DNA of 64,000 nucleotides from the human T2T-CHM13v2.0 reference genome, Homo sapiens. The stretch lies in NCBI RefSeq assembly GCF_009914755.1, contig NC_060940.1. One strand, 5' to 3'. Made by a program: the position numbers and the translations under genes. Shown here piece by piece: positions 54,384 to 64,000 of this stretch; the stretch's first letter is position 1; the number at the start of each line of letters is the position of its first letter. The notes beneath the pieces were generated by a model. It was not told the origin of the DNA and did no database searches. It saw only the letters and a list, made by a program, of their open reading frames with translations.

Positions 54384-54470
54384 CATCCATATATATATAT
54401 CATCCATATATATATATAAAATCCATATATATATATATATATCTCCATGGAGATATATATATATATGTGT
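54332..54470. repeat. (TA)n-rich palindromic tract
   Basis: TA runs punctuated by ATCC/TGGAG; perfect palindrome 54429-54466. Confidence 0.92.
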
Positions 54471-56019
54471 ATGAATGAAGCACTTAGTAGGAGCTTTTGT
54501 GACCCATTATTAAGCAAAATGAATAAAGTTCATTAAAATGAAACTGTATTTGATTGCTTTAGAGCTTTGATTTTTTTTTTTTTTCTTGAACAAATTCTGC
54601 AGAAAAGCTAAGTGGAATTATTTACCACTTGGGTTGGATTTTTGGTTATCCTTCCTATTTAAGGCCACACCCAGCAATCCTAATAGAGTTGAATGGCTGT
54701 GTTTTTAAATACGCAGTGATTCTATTGGACTCATGCCAAGCAGCATCCTGGATTTTCTGTGCATCAGTGTCTATGTGTGGATTAGCACTGACATATTACA
54801 TACCAGCCAATGTCCTCTGCTCTCTTCATGTATGCTGGTTTGCAAAAAAAAAAAAAAAAAAAAAAAAAGTAGAAAAATTAAAAATGCTGAATCCCGCAGA
54901 AAGTTTCCACTCCCCAGACCAAACTGTGTGCATAGCGGGGAGAAGGGACCAGATGGCCAGTGGGTTGAAATCAGTGGAAAACCAGCTGGGATGCATGAGA
55001 GGGCATTTCCTCTTCCACTTCCCTGGAAGCCTGGTCGGGGCAAGTCCTGGAGGTCTGAGCAGGACAAGAGGTGTCAATGTCATGGCCTCTGTCTGGCTTT
55101 CTGGATCCTTAGATGAATTGCAGTTGGATTGGAATTTGGCACAAAAATCTGAGGATAAGCTGTTAGTTTTCTGCTTTCTGGAAAAAAAAAAAAAAAAAAA
55201 ACAGAACAAAACATGCCAGCTTGACAGAAGGTTGGAGGGTAAAATGCTGATGAACAGGAAAGAACCATATTTCCCTGCGTTAGCACCAGCTTGGAGACCG
55301 AAGTTCTATGAGGAGGGCACATGATTTGGGTAGTTTTGAATCCTAAAGGCAGGATTTTTTTCCCCTCTCATTTAAAGCAAAACCTTTCATTGCCACTGAA
55401 TAATTATGCATTTCTTAGACTGCCAGCTTCTGCAACAGTGATTCCTAGGCCCCAGTTTGACACTGAGTGTGTTCAGTTATTTTGAGGAAAGTTACAAACG
55501 TTTCAAATTCTCTCACCTCTAATAAAGGTTTAAAATCTGCCTTTTATGGTGCCTTTTTCTGGGTTAACATATTAGTTATCTATAGCTGCATAACAAATTA
55601 ATGCAAAACATACCAATGAAAACAGCTATCTTTTGAGGTCTCTCCTGATGTTGCAGCTGAGATGTTGGCTGGCGCTGTGTCACCTGAAGGCTCAGCCGGG
55701 GCTGGAGGATGTCTCCAGGCTCACCTGTGTGTGTTGAGAGGCCTGAGCCCTTCAGTGGTTACTGATCAGAAGCTTCAATTCCCTGCCACATGTGCCATGA
55801 TAGAGAGGTGCTTACAGCATGGCAGCTTTTGTCCTTTAGAGCAAGAGGTAGGGAGAGAGAGAGAGTCCATGACTTTTTTGAGATAGCTTCTCCTATTAAC
55901 ATCTGATCTCAGTGTGGTGTATTTGTTACAATTCATGAACACACGTTATTACATTACATTTTTATTAAAGCCCATAGTTTACATATTAATTCACTCTGTT
56001 GCATGATTCTATATTTTTA

Positions 56020-56840
56020 ATGTTTTATTGTAAAATACACATAAAATAAATGTTACCGTCTTAACCATTTTGAAGTGTATGGTTCAGTAACATTGAATAC
56101 ATTCATATTGTTGCGCAAGCAACACTATCACCCGTCTCCAGAACTCCTTTCATCTTGCAAAACTGAAACTCTGTACCCATTAAAAAGTAACTCCTCATTC
56201 CTTCCTTCCCTAGTCCCTGGCAACCAACATTCTACTTTCTGTGTTTATGATTTTAACTACTCTTAAGTATCTCAAATAAGTGGAATCATGCAGCATATGT
56301 CCTTTTGTGGCTGGTTTCTTTTGCTTAGCATCTTGTCCTCAGGGTTTATCTGCGTGGAAGCAAGTGTGAGGGTGTGAATTAATCATTCTTTCTTTCTTTC
56401 TTTCTTTCTCTCTCTCTCTCTTTCTTTCTTATTTATTTATTTATTTATTTTGAGACAGTCTTACTCTGTTGCCTAGCTGGAGTGCTGTGGTGCAGTCTTG
56501 ACTCATTGCAAACTCTGCCTCCTGAGTTCAAGTGATTCTCCTGCCTTAGACTCCTGAGTAGCTGGGATTACAGGCACCCACCACCATGCCTGGCAAATTT
56601 TTTGTATTTTCAGTAGAGACTGGGTTTCCTTATGTGGCAGTCTGGTCTCAAACTCCTGACCTCAATTGATCTGCGTGCCTTGGCCTCCCAAAGTGCTGGG
56701 ATTACAGGCTTGAGCCACCACACCCCACCCCTTTTTAAGGCTGAATGCTATTCCATTGTATGTATATACCACAGTTGGCATATCCATTCATCTTTTGATG
56801 GGCCCTTGTTGGGTTGCTTCCGTGTTTTAGCTATTATGAC
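56020..56840 (-). mobile_element. L1MB-type 3' fragment
   Basis: AAAATACACATAAAATAAATGTTACCGTCTTAACCATTTTGAAGTGTA...CTGAAACTCTGTACCCATTAAA. Confidence 0.8.
56385..56730 (-). mobile_element. AluS with compound microsatellite tail
   Basis: Reverse Alu; tail (CTTT)n(CT)n(ATTT)n. Confidence 0.9.
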
Positions 56841-57647
56841 AGTTTTATGGGTTTGGACAAATGCATAATGTTACCCATCCACCATTACAATATCATAGAG
56901 AATAGTTTCCCTGCTGTAAAAGTCTCCTGTACTTCACTTATTCTTCCCTCCCTGCTCTCCCCCTGCAGGTTCCTGGCAACCACTCATCTTTTTCCTGTTT
57001 TGCCTTTTCCAGAATGTTATATAGTTAGAATCACATGATATGCAGCCCCAGTAGGTTTTATGACCTAGTCTCAGAGTCAAACAGTATTATTTCTGCCTTA
57101 TTCTGTTTGTTAGAAGCAATTTCATCCTTCTTTCAGGGGGAGGGTAATTGTGCTTCACTACTTAAAAAGCTGGGGTGGTGGGGAGAGGAGATATCAAAGA
57201 ATTTTCAGACATGTTTTAAACAACCATAGTTAAGATGACAAGACTAGAAGTCCAAGCATTCACTGGGCATCTATTCTGTGTTGGGCACTGTTCTTTCTTA
57301 GTGTTTTATATGTACTATTCATTCAACCCTTACACTAATGCCATGAGGTCACTCTCATATTTATCATCCACATTTTACGGATGAGGAAACTCCTCATCCG
57401 TATGTGACTCCCTGAAGCCACATACCTCATAAGTGGCAGAGCCAGGATGCAAACTCAGGTCAGCCTGAAACCAAAGCCTAAGTCTTGAAATTATATCACG
57501 CTGTTCCCTTTTAGTGTAAGGGGAAGTCTTAGTCTAAGGCTTAAATTCAGGGGACAAGGTCTGACCAAATACATCAGAAGACATCAATGGGCGATGATGC
57601 TAAACATCTTCCAGTTGCCTCTCCAAAGACATTCTTTGTCCTTCCTC

Positions 57648-58417
<770 letters not shown>

Positions 58418-58957
58418 TGTTGATTAAAAAAAGAAACTCTGGAAGATATTTAAAGAGGTTTGTTCTGTGCCGATATGAGTGACCATGGCCTGGGAAACAG
58501 TCTCTGGTGGTCCTAAGAAAGCGTGTCTGAGATGACTGGGTTATAGTTTGGTTTTGTACGTTTTAGGGAGACAGAAGTTATAGGCAAAGACAAATCAGTA
58601 CATGAAAGGTATACATTGGTTCAGCAAAGAAAGGCAGGACATCTTGAAATGGGGGTAGGTAGCCTGTGGCTTACAGATCATAGTTGGATTCAAAGATTTT
58701 CTGATTGACAGTTGATTGAAAGAGTTAAGCTTTATCTAAAGACTTGAAGCTGGTAGAAAGAAATGCTTGATTTAAGATAAGGGGGGTTGTGAAAAATAAA
58801 ATGCTTAGCCAGGCTTGGTGGCATGCACCTGTAGTCCCAGGTACTTGGGAGGCTAAGGCACCAAGAATCGCTTGAACCTGGGAGGCAGAGGTTGTGTTGA
58901 GCCGAGATCACATCATTATACTGCAGCCTGGGCGACAGAGCAAGATTGTGTTTCCAG

Positions 58958-59008
<51 letters not shown>

Positions 59009-59538
59009 TAAGGGGCGTTGTGGAAACCAACATCTTGTTACGTAGGTTAAGCTTTCAGATAGCAGGCTTCAGAGGGAATAGATGGTAGATGTCTTGTTTT
59101 CAGATCTTAAAAGGTGTCCGTCTCCCACCGAATCCGTGCTAGATCCAGGGAAGTCCTGGCTGCATTCATGGAGGTTCTTCATAGATTCAGAAAAGACAGC
59201 TTTGCAGGGTCATTTCAAAATATGTCAAAGAAACATTTTGGGATACAATATTTTGATTTCCTTCAGAGTCTGCTATCTGTCATGCGATGCTATATCAGAG
59301 TCAGGTTGGAATTGGGTATCTTATTCCCAAAGAGTCTGTTTTGTCAGTCTAATGATTTCTGTTTGAATGCTAATGCTGAAGTCAGTTGTGCCTAAACTCA
59401 AAAAGGGAAAGGGCATAAGGAGGTGTGTCTGACCTCCCTTTTGGCGATGGCCAGAAATTTCATGTTTCAGGTTTCCCTTGGCCCAGGGGGAGTCTGTTCA
59501 GTCAGTTGAAGAGACATAGGATTTTATTTTAGGTCTCC
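58418..59538 (-). mobile_element. MER4D/E-type ERV1 solo LTR
   Basis: GACAGCTTTGCAGGGTCATTTCAAAATATGTCAAAGAAA...AGAGTCTGTTTTGTCAGTCT match recalled MER4-group LTR. Confidence 0.78.
58792..59004 (+). mobile_element. 5'-truncated Alu (right arm) with very long A tail
   Basis: 18-bp TSD AAGATAAGGGG(G/C)GTTGTG at 58774-58791 and 59005-59022. Confidence 0.9.
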
Positions 59539-59539
59539 T

Positions 59540-59970
59540 GCCTTTCCTGCTCTTTTCCCAGGAAGCCAGTATGGAAGGAGAACTCCAGGGGCTCTTCTGC
59601 CCTTTGATTGTCAGCTGAGTTCTGCTTATGGGGAGTTTTGGTGGGAGATTGGAGGGAGGTGGTTAAATGATACCAAGGCTTCTATTGTCCTGTGTCCTTC
59701 CTGAGTAGCAGAGAGGACCGGCCTCTGCTTGCTGTCACTAAGCAGCCAGCCTCCTTTCCTTCTGGGACCCTCTAACTTTTCCTTCACCTCAGCCATTTTG
59801 GCCCAGGGAAAATAATTTTGCTGCTACTAATTCTAGGTTGCTGCATAGCCTGTGTGGTTTCCCGGTGCTCTGCCTACACCTTTGAAAACAGTATTCTGTA
59901 AGTAAGATCTCCTTAACTAATCCTAATTTGAGTATGCCATCTGTTTCTTATCTAGACCTTGACTGATACA
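59540..59970 (+). mobile_element. LTR33-like (ERVL) LTR
   Basis: Ends ATCCTAATTTGAGTATGCCATCTGTTTC...CCTTGACTGATACA. Confidence 0.65.
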
Positions 59971-60794
59971 GTGACTGAGGGTAGTCATATTTGAAGTTAA
60001 AACAGAAAAAAACAAAACAAAACAGGTATGTCTTGAATTAGGCTAGGCTAAATCTTTCAAAGCGTGGGACTTAACCCCTTGCCAGAGATGTTGATGTGAA
60101 CCCCGAATCCTAAGGTGCTGTGTTGTTTTCAGAAGCCAAGTGAAATTTCCACATGAAAGCAAAGCTTTGTGCCTTCTTAACCAAGAAGGTCCTTAGGATG
60201 TATACAGTGTTCTCTCTTTGAGTTCCTCCTGGTGTCTGTTACAACAGATGAGGAATTCAAGAACACTGCCCCTTCCATATTCGCAAGATGTGACAGGCTA
60301 TTGCCCTTGTCTTAGAAGACCTGTTTTAGGTTAAAAAAAAAAAAAAAAAATTCAAACAATTCCACAGGTGAGCTAATGAGCTAATTACAGAGAGTGGTTT
60401 AAAAACATTGGCATTCCACAAGTAAACAGCATCTGCCTTTGATTAAGGTGTGAAATTTTAAAAAGGTATGGAAAGATGGCTAGTATCTTCAGGTGGCTTC
60501 CTTTATATTTTTTATTTTTTGATTGTGCGGAAACTATTATATAATGGCCTTCTGTGCATTCTCCTGTGAGAACCAGGAAAACCAAATAACACATACCAAG
60601 ATCCTACAGTGGCATGAGGCGTGAACTCTGAACTGCCTGTCTGGGACACAGCCTGGTCCATTGTCTGCAGAGCTAGGGCTTTCTCATTGTTCCCTCATGT
60701 TTCTGTACTGTTCGCTGTTTTACCTTTAGAATGAGAGTTCCCTCTGCATACATGTAGACCAACTTTGTAAAATTTTGAGCTATTTGTGCTATGT

Positions 60795-61113
60795 CAGTGG
60801 CTCTCACTATTGACTGCTCATTAGAATACAGGAAGAAGTTTTAAAAATAGCCATGATGCCTGGGCTGTGGCCCTAGGGACTCTGATTTGATTGGTCTTGG
60901 ATGGGGCTGTTCTTAAGCATCCAGGGTTCAGACCAACGGAACTAAAGCAGGGCTTCTCAAATTTTAATGAGCGTGCAAATCACCCAAGACTCTTGTTAAA
61001 ATGCAGATGCTGATTCAGTAAGTCTAGGGTGGGACCTGAGATTCTGAATTTATGATAAACTCCCGAGCGATGCTACTGCTGCTGACCTGTGGAACACACA
61101 TTGAGTAGTAAGG
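60795..61113. mobile_element. Two adjacent MER5-type hAT MITEs
   Basis: CAGTGG... (60795-60939) and CAGGGCTTCTCAAA...AAATGCAGATGCTGATTCAGTAAGTCTAGGGTGGG (60948-61113). Confidence 0.7.
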
Positions 61114-61339
61114 AGATAGAACATTTGGGTGGGTACAGATACCTTTTAAGGATGGGTGAATGTTAATGCTTGGGTGTTTGGTGATTTGAATCATGACTCC
61201 GAGAGTTGAGAGTTCTCTAGGAAGTAGGAAATTTGTAGTCTAATTTGGATGATCGAATTACAGACTCAGTGGGGTCTTGAGTAGCAAAACACAGCCAGAC
61301 CTCTTCATATGCCATCATTGCCACATTAATGATGAGTCT

Positions 61340-62460
61340 GTTTATTCATTCATGCATTCATTCATTCATTTGTTCATTCATTCATTCAGTGAATATGTAT
61401 TGAATACCTGTCAGACACCAGGCATCTTTTCGGTGCTGAGAATAAATCAATGACAAAGATAAATGAGGTTCTTGACCTTGGCTATTCCAGTGAATGGAGT
61501 AGAAATAGATTAACTCAACTAAATAAATATGAGTCAACAAGAGCCATACCGATGGTGATATGTACCATCAATGAAATCAAGTACACTGTGTTTCCTTAGG
61601 TGGAAGGTGTGGCTACAGAGTTTAATTTGCTATGTCAATGGAGCGGCCAATGGAAGTTTCTTGGAAGAAATGATGTTTTAGTTAAGACACACACACATAC
61701 ACAAAACCCCAGGGAAAGACCATTCCAGGAAAACAGAAAAGCAGGGCAAAGGCCCTGAAGTAGGAAAAAGATTGATTTATTGGGGAACAGAGAAGGGATC
61801 AGTGTAGCCTTGGTGTCATGAGTGAGGAGATGAGTTGTGTGGAGAGGTAGGAAGGGAACGTCTCATGCAGAGGATAAGGACTTTGAGTGCTTTTCTAAGC
61901 ACCATAGGAAGGCGTCTGATGGTTTTACACAAGGAAGAGGAACATTCTGATTTTTGTGTTAAATGATTACTTTGGCTGCTATGTGGCAGATATATTAGAG
62001 ATGAAGATGTCAAAAGTGGACACAGGGAAACTGCTTAGTAAACTCACAGAGTAACCCAACTGAATGATGATGATGCCTGGTCCTAGAAAAGTGGCAGTAG
62101 GAATGGATATACTTTTTGTGATAACACTGACAGATAGGGGGATGAGGAAAAGGGAGGAAGCATGAATGACTTCTAGCAAATGCAGAAATAGTAATGATTT
62201 ACTCACATGGGGAGGATAGCTGAAGATCTAATTTGTAGGGTTTGACAAGACCCCAGGGCTCCATTTTAGACAAGTTTGAGATGCCTGTTAAACTTTCAAG
62301 TGCGGATTTAAGAATACAATGTATACTCGAGTCTAGAGCTTAGGGAAGAATTCAGGTCTAAAAGTAGGATTTGAGGGGCTATTCCTATATTCATATTAAA
62401 CATTACCGTATTAAATGAGTTCTCAAGGACAGAGAAAAGTAGATACCAAGGGAATATTGG
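61340..62460 (-). mobile_element. L2 remnant with (TTCA)n tail
   Basis: (TTCA)n at 61344-61388 then TATGTATTGAATACC..., AAGTTTGAGATGCCTGTTA. Confidence 0.7.
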
Positions 62461-63559
62461 GGTTTTGAAGAAAAATTGGCCCAAGGTTAGGGAGGCAACT
62501 TTGGATCCTTCTTGAAATCCATCTTGGCTTTGGATTCTCAGATCTTAGACTCAAGGTAACCTTGCAGAGATTTCAATAATAATTAGTATGTAAACTTTCA
62601 GTAAACATTATTTCCCAGACATGGAACATCTGGCCAAAGTCAGTGTGATTTGAAATGAAGTCGGCTTTATCTAGATGTCTCTCCCAGAGGGACACATTGT
62701 GAGGAAACAGATATTACATTGGGTGATTATGGAGGGTGGGGAAATAAGCTTGTTGGTTCCTTGGCCAGATGTCTAAGTATATGGTAACGGAGTTAATGGA
62801 TGTTGGGGAAGAAAGACATGTGCAGAGTTGGCATCCTTTCAGCCAAGCCAGGCAAGGTTGCTGATGAAGGACGCCTGCTGCTGCCATGGAGCTGAAGATA
62901 TATTCTCGGACCCAAGGAAGAAACACAGAGGATGCATTATCATATGGAATGATTAGTTGGCTAATGAGCCTTGAGGGGCAGGAAAAAATGGACTATAAAA
63001 CAAATTAAACCAGTACCTGACATCCTAATGTTCTTTGTAAACACATGATGATGTCAGTGTGTGTGTATGTGCGTGTGTTTCCTCCTGCCAGCCCATGAGG
63101 TTAGCCAACCCCACACAAATACTCAGAATTAGGCTGACCATCTCCCCATTCCCCAAGTCTGATTCCTGGGCAGGATGCCGTGCATGAGGAAGGTGATTTG
63201 GCTTTTAGAGAGATCCTTTCCCTGTGGTTGTTCTTGGTAGAGGATGAAAGATGAGATTTCTCTGAAAAGCTCATCCCTTTGAATTGTGTTCCCGAGGAAA
63301 GAGGCCAGATGCTATGTGACCAAAGCTTTAGAAAACTCCAGGATTTTGGGTGATGAGCATGCAATGCCTGGCTGTCTTCCATCTGCAGCAAGGGCAGAGC
63401 CAGCAGGGAATGGACAACAATACAGAGAAGAAAAGGAAGCAGGGGGTGAGGGATGACTTGCTCACAGACCAGATTATTTCATCCCCAAATGGAATGGTTC
63501 AGAGTGAATGAAATCACCCTGATACGGAGCAGGGGATGCTGATTTAGCTACCATGACAG

Positions 63560-63790
63560 TGCCATAGCCACTCTTCCTGTATTGACTACTTACTACGTTC
63601 AGACTTGTTTTAAAGGTTTTTCACTCATTGACTAATTCCACACCAATCAGAGCAGCATGGAGGGTATACCATGGCTGTGCCTATTTTATGCATGAAAAAA
63701 ATAAGTGTTTAGAGAGATAAAGTGATTTTCTTACGGTTTCACAGACCGTAAAGCTTGGACTCTAGGATTGGAACTCAGGCAGTGACATGT
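63560..63790 (-). mobile_element. MIR
   Basis: CCTATTTTATGCATGAAAAAAA...AGAGAGATAAAGTGATTT...GGATTGGAACTCAGGCAGT. Confidence 0.6.
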
Positions 63791-64000
63791 CTGCATGTTG
63801 GAGGCACATTTTGCTACGTTATCAAGGAAATACTCAGTTATTAAAAAGAGAGAAGGAAATGCCTCATGGGAACAAAGGCCAGGATCTAAAATGGTTTTAA
63901 TTTAAAATAAATACAGCCATTTGTGTTATGTTTAATATGTGCGCAGCATTTTACGGTAAAATTGCCATATCTGATTTGATTTAATCTATATAACAGCTCC

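Larger units (their letters stand above)
55570..57228 (-). mobile_element. MLT1F/G-type LTR split by nested L1M fragments and an Alu
   Basis: LTR pieces 55570-55865 (TATTAGTTATCTATAGCTGCATAACAAATT) and ~57040-57228 (TTTTATGACCTAGTCTCAGAG...TTTTAAACAACCATA). Confidence 0.65.

Noticed and set aside
54629-55324. 231-aa ORF
   Set aside because: Runs through two poly(A) tracts, non-ATG start, no family resemblance or exon signals

Overview
Primate, very likely human, genomic DNA (about 25 Alus of J/S/Y type, MIR/L2, L1 fragments, MaLR/ERVL/ERV1 LTRs, MER/Tigger/Made1 DNA transposons). The one clear genic landmark is a CpG-island promoter at ~34.7-36.7 kb. It is followed by a long, almost ATG-free first exon on the + strand that ends in ATG|GTGAGT (35721/35722), with a second strong donor 91 nt further on. 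Positions 1-34.7 kb look like upstream flank and 35.7-64 kb like intron 1. I cannot name the gene and see no confidently supported protein-coding exon; the supplied ORFs are repeat- or GC-derived. I found no evidence of a wholly new biological system. The best leads are: the terminal-ATG/competing-donor arrangement, a candidate 33-nt in-frame microexon, a 48-bp VNTR built from its host LTR33 beside a broken Made1, two twin-primed inverted L1s of very different age, several perfect hairpins and several motif-dense enhancer candidates. Repeat subfamily names come from recalled consensus sequences and need RepeatMasker/Dfam confirmation.
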